Of a DNA stretch of 64,000 nt, positions 51,794-64,000 are shown in pieces (position 1 is the first letter of the stretch; each line of letters starts with the position of its first letter). The DNA is taken from NCBI GenBank assembly GCA_965645245.1, contig OZ287067.1, positions 3,286,001 to 3,350,000 of the forward strand, in the 5' to 3' direction. Source of the DNA: Massalongia carnosa. Its lineage: Eukaryota. The notes beneath the pieces were generated by a model that saw only the letters and a program-made list of their open reading frames with translations, was not told the DNA's origin and searched no databases. Position numbers and translations under genes: made by a program.

Positions 51794-54700
51794 CGAGGTG
51801 CTTAGGGACAGTCCCCCCCTGTGTAAATCTTTGCTAAGCCATTTCACAGCTCATCCAGGGTGCGTACAAGCTAGTATTGCAACTGCCAACAGCACATTAA
51901 ACTCTTTTCGGTTTAAATCGTATGACGTGTTATTGCTACTAATAATTACCCTACTCGGTCTGATAAAGCATACCCTCACCCCACCCTCACCCTCACCCTC
52001 ACTTATCATTTGCCCTTGCCCTTGTCCTAACCCTTTGCCCTCCCTAAATCTCCCCTTCCACTTATGCTATACCTCATATTATATATTTTACTACTCCTCA
52101 TCGCGATGGATTTCGATCCCACTTCTTTGGATGCACGGAAGCAACATGCCATTGCCCTTCTACCCCCACCTCACCTCCTCCCTCCGCAAGAGAATGAGTT
52201 ATTTTCGTCTTGGGAGGAGGCAAAGACTCGTCTTCAAGACTATGCCTTCACCCAAGGCTTCGCGTTGGTCACAGAAACTCACGATAAGAAAAACCATTTA
52301 ATCGTATTAGACTGCACACGCCACCACAAAAGAGTTAGAAACACTAGAAAAGTAGAGGAGGAAGACCGGGTGCGAGCCAATACCAAACTTTCGTTCAATC
52401 AGTGCCCTTATCGCCTCCGTCTCAAAAAAAAACAAAGACAATGCATGGAGACCAATAGTCACTAACTCCGAGCACAATCATGAGATGGCCACTGATCCCT
52501 TTGCATTCAGAGAACATCATAGTAGGGACCCTGATCGAACAGATGCCCTAGATCAAGGGAAGATTCTCCGTGCATCGTCAACCCAATATGGCCAAGCAGC
52601 GAGAATATTAGGAATCCAAGGACTCCGTCTGTCGAGGAGCGATTATTATAATTTCGCTCATTCGGAGGGAGCTCACACGCCTGAAGAAGAGCTTCTTTTT
52701 GCCTTGGGCTCGTTGAAAGACAGGGGCTTTCATGTACGGTGTAAGGAAAAATATATTGTTAAGAATAATGTGCGTGAGAGACTGGTGATAGAACAATTTT
52801 TTTTTTGCGATGCAGAGCAAATTAGGCTGGCTCGACGTTTCGTGGGTGGGTTTTTATTAGAAATGGATGCAACGTTCAATACTAATAAATTGAACTTGCC
52901 TTTATCCGTTTTGGTTGGAATCACTAACACCGACCTTTCATTTCCCGTCGCTTATTGCTATATAACTTCCGAATCGGCCGAATGTCTCACTTTTATTTTC
53001 GAATGTATGAAAGAGTTGATTTTTCATGATGATTGCCCCGGGCCTGGGGTGATTCTCGGGGATTTTGCAGCTGGGTTGACTGTAGCCATGCAAAGAAAAG
53101 CTAAAGCTCCGGCAATTGATCTCGATGCTGCATTGACCATTGCAAGAGAGGTCGCTGAAAATCTAAACCAATCAACGATGAAAGCGGGCGAGGAGAGATG
53201 CGTTTTGTAGCTGTGCACGTGGCATGCGGCCGAGGCAATAAAAAAACGACTGATCAAGGCAGGAAAATATCCCCAAGAAGTGCGCAAAAAGCTGGAGACT
53301 CTGATTTGGGATTATATAAAATCCCTCACTATTGATGAGTTGGATGAGAGACGAAGAAAGTTGCTAAATGAACTTCATCCCGCAGAAAAGGTTAGTAGTG
53401 ATATATCAAATTAAATTTCAAGCGAGTTAGGGCTACTGCTAACGCTACCTCTTTCGCAAGATTATCTCATGAATTTCTATCAACGTCAAGCAATTCAATT
53501 CGTGCATGCATATACTACTAAACTCCCTAATTTAGGCGCACACAGCACACAGCGTTCAGAAGGTCTACATTCATTGGTTAAAAATGTGACCAATAGAAAT
53601 ACTCCTATAAGACAATCGGTGCAGAAAATATGTGATGAGGTGCGGAAAAAACAATTAGATCAGGAGATTTTGTGCAATCAACAGCGAATACGCAATCCTA
53701 GATATTGATCGATAGAAATGCTTTTACGCTACTCATTGGGAAAATTACGCATCATGCCATTGGCCTCGTTTCAAGAGAACTCGATGCCGCCAAATCATTA
53801 GCTGAACGAATCCTTTCTATTGTCCCTGATGGTGGAAGCTGTGTTTAAGATTGTGGATTTCCTTTAAGGTACGGTCTCCCATGCAAATGCTGGTTGTATA
53901 AATGCATCATCGACTCGGTCCCTATTCCCGTTTCCCTCATCCACCCCCGCTGGTTTTTATGGCCCACCTTATGCGGTCTCTTGGCAAATGACCTTCGATT
54001 TCGCTCGCGGCTCGGAGCCCGAGGTCGAAAAGATCGTCGATGAGGTCGAATGGACGGGAGAGTTTGAGGTGGATAAGGATGAGGTCGAGCTCGAAGAAGG
54101 CGTGTTGAGTAAGGATAGATTTCGCCGCGGGGGCCTTGATTTGCTACATTCTGTGGCATATCAATCTATTGACCTGCATCAATCAATAGAAAATTCTCAT
54201 CGAAGGGAGGAGTACGCTCGCGAGCATGCTCACATCGTTGAAAAGTTCAATAAGAAATGGCAAAAGAAGGAGCTGGTAAGACCTCTCATCCCCACCACAT
54301 TCCCCGACGAAATTCGGCCCAAAGAAAACCTCATGTATAAGAAAGGAGGGAGTCGTCGACGTGCCTACACTGCTCGCGAGGCAGCTGAGGCTAGAGAAAC
54401 TGAACAGCGACGTACTAGGCGAAGGGACTCTATTGAACAAGGGAGGAGGCTCAGATATAATAGATTGCGTGCTGGGGGCGACGATGAGGTTGAAGGTGAA
54501 ACAGAAGGTAAAATTCACGATGTTGCAAAGTTATTGCGCTCGGGTCGGCTATTATTGGGTACAATAGGTTTAGGAGAAAACTTAGTTATGGAGAGAATCG
54601 AAAACGCGTCTATCGTCTCCGACGACGATGACGAGGTGCAGTATATAAGCACTCAGCCCATTCTCGGTCGTTCTATGGATCCTATGCTTCCTTCGGATGA

Positions 54701-55204
54701 CGATAATGATGTTATTCTTACATCAGAAGCCTCGTCGGATTCGCTCGAAGATATTGACGATGTGCTTGCCAAGCATAGTCAAAAAGCCCTACCTCAGGCA
54801 GCGCCGGCTCCATCTCTTTATAGTCTTAGCTAAAACGTGCGCGCCAGTCAACTTCTCCCTACTTCCTCTGCAACAACGCGAAGGTCTCGGGGTGTGGCGA
54901 AGAAATCAAAGGCTCAGTTGGAGCTGGAATCTCAGCAAAGAGTCGAGAAATCAGTCAAACAGGCTAGGGCTCAAGCGAGAAAGGAAACGGCGATGAGAAA
55001 GGTGGCTAAAACCATGAAGCCTAGAAAAGATGATGTATCGCAATAGGTAGATTTGTAGGTGTTGAATACACTTAGTCAGTAACAGCAACATTATTAATAC
55101 GTAGTGTAACTGCTAGCTTGTACATACGCACCCTGGATGAGTAGTAAAATGGCTGTTTACTAGTAAAGATTTACACAGGGGGGGAACTGTCCCTAAGCAT
55201 CTCG
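51794..55204 (+). mobile_element. Second Mutator-like (MULE) transposon, full length, decayed
   Basis: TIR cgaggtgcttagggacagtccccccctgtgtaaatcttt...catccagggtgcgta is mirrored at ...aaagatttacacagggggggaactgtccctaagcatctcg. Perfect 9-bp TSD cttaaatag (51785-51793, 55205-55213). Confidence 0.95.
52106..55046 (+). pseudogene. MULE transposase pseudogene (frameshifts, stops, one intron)
   Basis: FSSWEEAKTRLQDYAFTQGF...LDCTRH...QCPYRL, frameshift at an A-run (~52430), LEMDATFNTNKLNLPL, ILGDFAAGL, CVL*LCTWHA, intron 53391-53460, STQRSEGLH, CV*DCGFPLRYGLPCKC. Confidence 0.88.
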
Positions 55205-55744
55205 CTTAAATAGACCATCGTCTCAATCAACCACTACTGTACATTCCACTCATTTACCAGCTTCCTGCACCTAGACGTCTCCATCCTTTAAATGATGGCT
55301 CAGAGTCTCCCGATTCAGCGGTCGAAAGACAGTTGTAATCCCTTCTCCAAAGGATCAAGAGATTGTGCCGACAAGTAGCGGGTGCATTGGAGGGAGGATT
55401 GAAACAATCAAGATTGCCAGCTTAGTCTAGATTCGGTAGAGTACGAGTACTTTGTACAATACTGATATTATGAAACTGGATCTTGCCAAATTGGTTTACT
55501 TACAAACTTGACAAGAAGATCTCCCTAGAATGTAGTACCTGGGGCCAACTTCCTCTGTGAACGATGCGATGTTCGCTATTATTTCCGTGGGTGGCCTCTT
55601 TCACTGGATTGGGGCTTTGTGTAGATACCAAAATTTGCTGTGTTAATAACTAGCAAACCGTCGATTTAGCTAAGGCTGAAAGGCTATCAAACAAATTCTA
55701 GGTTGTAAATATCGCTTTGAGTTACCACATCTTTCAATACCTCT

Positions 55745-56675
55745 TCACTTAGGAATCTCCAGCACCATAGACAGAAGGTCGCTTGCAAACGATCCACCGC
55801 CTTCAACCAATAGGAGAAATTGCTTAGATCCTGCTATCTGCCTAGCTTTCATTGCTACATACCGAGTCACTAGTCCCCACAAGCCATCCATCTCTTTACG
55901 GGATGGAGTGTTCTCGTACGTATATCTGGCTAGCTCTATAATATCCCCGTAGCGCGCCTGGAAAGAGTGTATTGACATAACGTGCTGTGTAGTTTGTGAA
56001 GTGCAAGAGTTCTGAGTTTTTTAATGTCATATTTTTCAGCGAAAACGTAGAGGCGGGCATGATCTAATAAGACAGGTGTGAAGTCCTCAGCTGCGTATGA
56101 GTTCGGGCGTGGCTTGCAAATTTCGGTCATGTTGAACGATGTTGGGGGTGGATAAACGAGATCATGGAATTCACAATGGTCCTCGATTTGTCGACTTTTC
56201 TTTTTGTCCTTCTTAATCTTGATATTTTTGCCATTCCAGTATTCAGAATAGGCCGCTAGTTCCGGTTCAACGTGCACCTCTGGCTCCTTTGCAATAGTTG
56301 CTTCAGTGGGCTCATTGTGTGGCGCTGTCTGAGAATCTTTCGCGACTTTGGAAGCAGTTTGGGAATCCTTTACGATTATGCAAGATAGCGGAGTATAATC
56401 CCCAGTGTACACAAACTGCTCGAAGAGCGCAAAGGTATCCTCGTCCACATCGTCCCACGTTACCGTTCCTGTCTGAGCTTTTTTCATGAAGCCATCAACC
56501 AAACTGCGTAAGGGAAAAGATTGCTCCGCCACAAGGGCAGTGTGGATGGTCATAGGCTTTAGGTCCTTGCCAATGAGAAATCGGAATGGGGCGCTTTGCA
56601 CGATTCTTCGCCTGTCGTTAGAAAGAGCTATATGAGTCAGAGGCACGACACACTTTTGTCATACGTGATGGGCAT
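55745..56675 (-). pseudogene. BTB/POZ-domain protein gene with a frameshift near the 3' end
   Basis: MPITYDK-intron-IVQSAPFRFLIG...IHTALVAEQS...WDDVDEDTFALFEQFVYTGDY...LLDHARLYVFAEKYDIKKLRTLALHKL. The continuation QARYGDIIELARYTYENT...GGSFASDLL is in another frame (shift at ~55962). Confidence 0.8.
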
Positions 56676-59600
56676 CTTTGTTTGGTGGCTTCGAGCGGTC
56701 TCGGGTACGACTGTCTGGTGAGGATAGAAGAGAGAAGACGAACTGAAAGCCACAATGGGGTGGTTCTCGTGGGGTGTAAAAGGTTAATGAGCAGGGAAGA
56801 ATCAAACAGGAGACTGCTCATTAGAAATAATGATTAGGTTTTGATAGCAAACTTTGCTCAGAGTCTCACCTGCTGCAGCTTCCCTTCCATCGTGTATGGA
56901 AGGAATGGAGATACCGGTTCCATCACCTGCGCAGGCATTTGGGTCCAATGATAGGACTTCATTTCATACTGGCTTAGTCACCTTGAGCACCCATCGGATG
57001 ACCAGAATGCAATGTCAAGAGATCTTGAACTCACACCCACCTGAGCGATAATTTCATGTCTCTCGAAAACCAAATTTCAAGTCACAATTTGTCGGTCTAC
57101 CACCTATCCCGCCCGATTTCCTCTTGCGAGGCTATTCGAGGTATGTATCTCAAAAAGGAACTTGTCATGAAGATATCCCGATACACACTCTTTGCTGCTG
57201 CTACTTCTAGCCCACTTATCCCTCTCAGGATATTTCTCCTAATACCCTACCTAGTGCTTTCGTACTCCTTTTTTTACTTTCTTCCTCACCTGTTTGCTCA
57301 CTTGCCTGCTTAAATCCTTAATAGCTCTAGCGAAACGCAGCCACCTTATGTATATTACTATTATAGTGTTTGGGCAAAGTCCTGGTCCTAGGGTGTGACA
57401 TGACACCGTTCGTGCACCGTCCGCGCATAGGTAGGCTACGTGGTCCATAGACGCTGTAGATGCGAACCCTGGGGCCAAGACATACTCCATCTATCTAAGC
57501 GACAAACTACGTAGGAGAGAATGGGTGGGAGAAAAAGCGAAACACGATGTATACTCAGTATTGATGAGGGAGAGAGAGGTAGATAAGCGAGAGGAGTGAA
57601 GAGTTTTCACTTTCTTGCTAGCGTCCGGCCCTATCCCGCTCACACGTCGGGTGCCGGCCGTCACGGTGACGACATTACTAGCCTCCAGCAAATCTAAAAA
57701 GCAGATAGTTCTGTCTATCACGAAGCGAGTAGCTAACTACCCCATCAACTAACCAAATATCCCCCTCCTGATTGTTTAGGAGCCGTAAGTGAGTGGGTAT
57801 CTGGGGCTGGGCTTGGGGCAGGGAGTTAAGTTGAGGGCTCTGATCTCTTGGTCTTGCTTCTTTCAGCCTTTTCTAGCGAACTGTTTTTTCTTCTTTTCCT
57901 TTGGGGGTTCCGCGTTCACTCTCCTCGTCTTCTTCCTTGTCTTAATCGGGTCGGCATCCACTGTCTATTACTCACTGAGGCAACTCTCGAAGGGATTCTT
58001 AAGATCTCAGGAACAGTTTCCCGCTTCGTTAGCAAACACATCTTTCCTTGATACAGTTACGTAAACGGCGGCGGAGTGTGTTTGGGGATTCAGGAATGCC
58101 TGTTCTGTGTGTGAACGGAAATTTGAATACTGGCGCGGGGGGTGGTATATATAAGTTAGGGTAGGATAGAAGAAGCAGGTAAACGAAAAGGTCATAATTA
58201 TATATATTTGTAAAAAGCTAGAATGATCTCGTGGCTAAACCTATGCACAAGCCCCTTCTGGAACCTTGACTGATCTATCTACCGCAGTATTTTATTACCT
58301 TCCTCCACCCACCCGCAAAAGCGGCACCAAGCCAATCCTGCCAATCATCCGCGTCAACCACCACCTCCTCCTCCTCCTCTTCCTCAGGTCCGTCCCACAA
58401 CACCGGTTCTGGCGATGGTACAATCCTCTCGTCGCCAGCATCCAAATTCATGCTAGTGATCACCTTCGTCGCCTTCTCCCGAGCCGTTCTCCTGCGGTAT
58501 TGATGTATTGATGTCATACCGTGTCTGATGATCCACTCAACTTTCTGTAAACACAAATTTAGCATCATCAATGCCCAGCTCATCCGCAATGTCAAAGCGA
58601 GTCTCACACCGTTGAGGGGCACGCAGACGAGAAACGACAAGACTGAACGACGCTTAGATTTGCCGACTCACTTCTCCTGCTCACAGAAGCCGCCATCAGC
58701 CATCGAGATCCATGATTGAGGGCTAGTTTAATATAAACACGAATCTGAAAGAAGACTTACCGAGGTCAATGTCATCCACATGACAAGATCCCCATCACGC
58801 CAGGCAAGTTCTAGTCCAATCGGGCCATAACTGCGATAAAGCGCTTCTCTTTTTTTAGAAAACAAAAAACCATCAACATCTCGTCATAAGCGAGGTTCGG
58901 GCTAAAAAAGTGCTCCTTACTAGGATTTCGCCTAAGCCCTTGACGCTCGTTGAGCGGAAGTCGGCGTTCCTCCACAAAGGCCGGATTGGACGGTAGCCGT
59001 GACAACGGGGTGTTTCTTGAAGAGAGTCGTAAGTAGATCAGATTCAAACTCTATCAGCACGCGCGGAGAAAGCGACTTTATCGGATTTCGATAGGGAGGG
59101 GGGGAGGGGGGAGGAGGCTTGAACCGGTGTGATGGGTGAGTTTTGGTGACGAGGTGCTTGATGATAGGATATGATATAGCTATGTCGTTCTACTAGTATA
59201 TATACTTGTAGATAATATATTAGTAGGGTGGCGGAAACAGGAAGGGGGTGGATTTTGGTGAAGCTTTAGTGAATGAGACGACGTATTTATTATATTGGCT
59301 TAGGGTGAGCGGTAAGAGGCGGTTGGTACTGAAATTTTCTGGTCTGAGTGTCTGATGGAGAGAACGATAGGTAGCTGGGTGATCCGATATGCTCGTATCC
59401 CAGTACCTATATGGATATAGGATATTGGCTAGGTAGGTATGTATAGGAAGTACGATAGTGAATTGAGAACAAGGAGAAGGCCTTTTGCATAGGTAGGAAA
59501 TAATGAGATACTTATGGCAAACGGGGTTTGATGGATGTTTTTTTATAAAATGTGGAGACGTAGTTCGCGGCTTCATAGTGTCGGCTGAATATATATGTAA

Positions 59601-60857
59601 TTACTATCTATGCTTGGGCAACTCCTCTCTCGCTGCTGCCCGGCTGGCGCTCAGTTTTACTAACCCTATGCTGATTAGTCTTAGAAAAACTAATGCTATG
59701 GCTTGCAGTTTAGAAACCAAAGAGGCAGAAACTCACTTTCGGCATAATTCATCTAGTAATGAAAACAATAGTTCTTCAACTTTTCTTAGCCGATCGGCCG
59801 TTTTGGAAAACATGTAGAATGCCAATACTTGTGTCATCAGAAGGGTTACAAACCTGTGTAATGCAACACACGACATAGTTATTCACCCAAGGATCGAAAC
59901 AATTGCATTAATCCACATTACACTTGGCCATGGTTGAATGTTGGGTGGCTCCAGCATGACAATAATCCTGGAGACACTTAGCAAAAAGATTGGTAGAAAT
60001 TTCTAATATCAAGTATAAACAAGACATTCGGCTGTAAATTTGACGACAGTAGCACGTATGAGACGTGCGAGCCATGATAAGATAAATCCAACGTAAATAA
60101 ACAGCATGAGGACGAAGAGAAGAACTATAAGAATCTTACAGCGGAGGCTGGTGTATCAACAAGGGTTTTATCAACCATGTTGCTTCAGTTCTGTACCGGG
60201 TAGCGAAGAGTAGACGTAAACGACCTGATTTAAATGTGCATGAAATAATCAATGGTGTAAGAAACAAGGTCCTTGCGCATCGAGAGCGAGACTTCTCTCA
60301 TCATTCATCTCATAGCTTGATGGACCGGTATAATATCAACTAAGCAACTCCTTCTTGGTTGGATATCCGAAGCAATAATCCATAAGTCTATCGGAATCTT
60401 GCACAACTCTCAAGATCGAAGGGAGAGACACACCAGTTGATAGGACATAACCGTAACGGCGTGATGTTTGGAGTTTTCAAGTGAGGCGATCTCCAAGGGC
60501 TATTCGCCAGGGTTGCTACAATCAATGCATGAATCCGTATTTCAGTAACACAAACGGAAGGGATTCATCTTCGTCTCTCGATGATATGCGCCCAGAGACT
60601 GGAAAGCGACATATGGCTGATGAAAAATAACTGAAGATGAGAAAATAACAATGATGACGAAGACAGAGCAGGCCGTCGACGAGGTACCTTTTGAATGGGC
60701 TGAATGTAGCGATTCTCATGCTGGGAAAGACCCCACCTGTCAAAAATGCCTTGCAATGGGATATAATCCAGCTTGGTTAAACGATATGAATCTTGAGATG
60801 CGTACCAAATGCTTTATCCATATATCAAGTTTTACTTCTAAGTGTAATAAAAATATA

Positions 60858-61883
60858 TTATGGCAACTCCGCTACGTGAAATCCAGGACTCGCTGCAAGT
60901 TCTCTCAAATACGGCCGGACTCCCTCTCCATGAAATTCGGCTACCTGCAGCCCAGGGCTACCTGGGAGCTCAGAAAGCCTGTTCTTGTTTTCCACGGATC
61001 CAGCCATTCCGCTTTCCTTTGTAGAAGTATTATTGTTAAATATAGAAGAAGAATCCTTCCCTTGCTCTGCTCCGGTTACTGGACCGCACTCCACTATTGT
61101 TTCTGGTTCGGTAGACTTCACGCGCTTGTTTCTTTGCCGACGATATAATAGATACGCCAATGCTCCGATAAGGATTGAGCCTAGGGGGAGACCAATTCCA
61201 ACTCCAACACCAAGCCTGAGCGAGGTGTTGGACCCAGGGTGAGAATTTCTTTCGAATGGTTGCAAGATTGTCGAAGACGTTGGTAGCTGGGAGGTTCGTG
61301 AAGATGCGGGGATTAAAGTAATAGAGGACACTTGGATGGTTGCAACCGAACTCGAGCTTTGAATTCCAGGCACGAGTATCAGGGTCGAGGTCACTGTATG
61401 TCTTACTTGGCCTGCGCAGCCAATGTTTGAACCGAGATGCGTACCCACCCTAAGAAGCTAGATAGTAAGTCAAACATTGCAGAGCGGGTTATCCGTGGGT
61501 AAACCAAGGACGCCTTACCTTGCGCATTCACTGACGAGCAGGTTGAGGGCACCTTGTCCCTGTTAATATGCAGAGAATCTATAGGCTTTATTGATGATCA
61601 CACCTAGGGAGGATTCTATGCAAGCGTCTGCAAAGCAACAGATTGTAGAGTTCAGATAATCCTGGTCAGCACAGAAGCATTCATTGAACGAAGTGCCACT
61701 GCAGCCACCAATGTTCAGAAAGCCCTCTCGAGTACAGCCCTGCTTTGAGGGGTTAGCTTGCATAACTGAGGACAATTGAGCAATCGAACTACTCACAAAA
61801 CAGTCGGTCAGATCGAGGGCATTGGCTTGAGCAGCTAGAATTACGCCCAAGATCACATAGGTGGAACCACGAAAAACACCCAT
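60858..61883 (-). CDS. CFEM-like cysteine-rich secreted/membrane protein with S/T stalk and single TM helix, multi-exon
   Basis: Signal peptide MGVFRGSTYVILGVILAAQANA; DC..GCTRE..GGCSGTSFNECFCADQDYLNSTICCFADAC; S/T-rich stalk; TM LGVGVGIGLPLGSILIGALAYLLYRRQR; tail with repeated AEL/ELP motifs. Confidence 0.75.
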
Positions 61884-63094
61884 TGTGAATCGAGAGATGT
61901 AGAAACAGAACTGTATTTAGCATGTGTCAAGTACAGCTTGAATGAGTGCTCGAAACCTTCTGGCCGATGAAACAGGTTTGCTCCTAAGTCTTGGCAGTAC
62001 CTAGATGATCATGGTGACCTGAGGGTGCCAATAAGCCCATTTAAGTGAAGCAGCGGTCGCGTCATTCCTTTCATGCGTAAACCCTTATTTCAACCCTATA
62101 ACATGTACCAGCTGCTAACGGGTACTCCAATACCGCGGGTGAATTCTCGGAGCGGAGGCCCGTAGCAGCCTGATGTGAAGTGTCTCTAGACCCAATTCAC
62201 TTCAATTCAGCCCGAATCTTTGGACAGGTACTTTTTCATGCATAAGTGCAGGATCCGAGAACGCATCGGCCTTCAGAATCATCTTTTACCATTTTGAGTT
62301 CTGGTTTCAACGAGTGCAATTGCTTGGTGGGAGGTCATAACTCAAAGAACAGGCTATAGCCCCCACCAGTCGAGAATGACAGAGGAACCTTACCCGGCCT
62401 AACTGTCGACATATCAATGATGGGCAGCGAGGGCGTAATAAGCATCAATATGACACTGTAAATCATAAAGAGATGGCCACAAAAGGGTTTGAATCGCTGA
62501 AGGTGAATAATGAGAATGCTAGACAGATATCAAGAGTGTGGCGAAACTATTATTACAGAACCCATTTTGGAAATAACCTATTTATGAAAATCCTCATACT
62601 ATTAGACACTTGTGAGCCGGCTACCCCTGGCTCTCTGGATTGTGTAGTCCTAAGAGCCTTAATGCGATGGTTTTGGGCACGATTGAATGAGACGGTGTTG
62701 GTTGCCGTAGATTATCTTAGAGAAACCACCGTCCAGAAACCTTGAAAGATGGCATTCTCTACTATAGCCAGCGAAATCAATACCTGTGTGACCTTAAGTT
62801 TACTAGCCGATGACTTTCTCCGCAACAACTAACATGATCCAAGGTCTGGTTTAAATGTAAGTAGCCTCGGTTAGGACCGAAGCGTTCAGGAGCTTGCATG
62901 AGACTTGAAAGCTGCTTCGATACTGGGTTTCCGAGGCGATTTTACTAACATAAGAAAGGTTGCTACTTGTTCTTGCGTTAGGGCTATCAACAAGCTTTAC
63001 TTGATTTATCTAAGCGTGTTAATTAGGCGCGATATCCGCAGACCTATTAAACTTGTAACAATCCTAAAGTTCCGATTCTATGATCCTCGGAATT

Positions 63095-64000
63095 ATGTCC
63101 CCTCCCTTAATTACAGTGATTGGATCCCTCAATAAGGACTTAGTCACTCGTACTTCTCGACTGCCTGCTGCAGGAGAAACCTTGATATCTACATCTTTTA
63201 CCACGGGCTCTGGAGGCAAAGGAGCTAACCAGGCTGTAGCATGTGCAAGATTGTCCCGCCGCCAAGATGGCACAGGTCACAGATACGCCTATGTGCAGCT
63301 AATGGGAGCAGTTGGTGATGACCATTTTGGCCGTGAACTTCTCGAAGCTCTCACTCGGAACGGCGTTGACACCACCGAAGTCCGGGTGCGAGAACACGAG
63401 CAAACGGGAGTAGCTGTTGTCATTGTGGATGAGACCACAGGTGAGAATCGCATTTTGGTCGCCTCGAATGCAAATGCTACCTTGTCGGCTGAAAACTTTA
63501 CATTTATGCCAACACCGCTACCGGATTTAATTGTGCTTCAGCTGGAGATACCAGTCGATACGGTGTTGGGGATTATACAGGTTGCGAATTGGAGAGGCGT
63601 GCAAGTCTTGCTGAATCCGGCTCCCGCTATGGATCTACCTACCGAGATTTATAAGGGTATCGCACATCTTATCCTGAATGAGACAGAAGCGAGTTCGCTC
63701 TCCAAAGCAAGTGGAGACCTTGAACTTGGTCTGATTGCGCAAAATTTTCTCGATCTTGGTGTCCACAATGTCGTCATCACCCTTGGTGCTCAAGGGGCTT
63801 TCTACTTTTCACAGGAGGCAGAGAAGGGTGAGATTGTCACTGCTGAGAAGGTGAACGTGGTAGACACTACAGCGGCAGGTGATACTTTCGTTGGTGCATA
63901 CGCTGTCAAAGTAGTTCGAGCTGAAGAGGAGGGTGTTTCTTTCAATCTTAAAGAGGCGGTGGAATGGGCAAACCTGGCAGCCTCAAAGACAGTGGAGAAG
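63095..64000 (+). CDS. rbk1: Ribokinase (PfkB family); truncated by the right window edge
   Basis: MSPPLITVIGSLNKDLV...PAAGETL...GGKGANQAVACARL...GAVGDDHFG...LQLEIP...LLNPAPA...LILNETEA...VITLGAQG...VVDTTAAGDTFVG. Not in the ORF track (no stop in window). Confidence 0.95.
   Translation, partial: MSPPLITVIGSLNKDLVTRTSRLPAAGETLISTSFTTGSGGKGANQAVACARLSRRQDGTGHRYAYVQLMGAVGDDHFGRELLEALTRNGVDTTEVRVREHEQTGVAVVIVDETTGENRILVASNANATLSAENFTFMPTPLPDLIVLQLEIPVDTVLGIIQVANWRGVQVLLNPAPAMDLPTEIYKGIAHLILNETEASSLSKASGDLELGLIAQNFLDLGVHNVVITLGAQGAFYFSQEAEKGEIVTAEKVNVVDTTAAGDTFVGAYAVKVVRAEEEGVSFNLKEAVEWANLAASKTVEK

Noticed and set aside
57780..58720. Acidic hypothetical gene on the minus strand
   Set aside because: Some splice-like signals, but I could not assemble a coherent frame.

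Overview
Filamentous-ascomycete (Pezizomycotina-type) nuclear DNA with short GT-AG introns. The left ~3.3 kb is a repeat island containing the 5' part of a pogo/Fot1-type transposase (cut by the window edge), a 5'-truncated LINE ORF2 remnant and two minisatellites (15 and 23 bp units). It also holds four dispersed copies of a ~45-nt motif whose stems co-vary while two 7-nt loops stay nearly invariant, a candidate undescribed structured RNA and the most unusual signal here. Housekeeping genes follow (tfc1, rts1, yju2, prp9, fal1, cdc16), with a near-intact Mutator element between yju2 and prp9. Next come a small secreted Cys-rich protein gene and a similar-type pseudogene flanking a tandem pair of non-identical 5S rRNA genes, then an Acm1-like APC/C-degron protein, an MFS transporter and a divergent ATP-dependent DNA ligase. 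The right part has a decayed Tc1 element beside a second decayed Mutator, a frameshifted BTB gene, a CFEM membrane protein and a ribokinase cut by the right edge. Gene models were read by eye; no database search or folding program was run.
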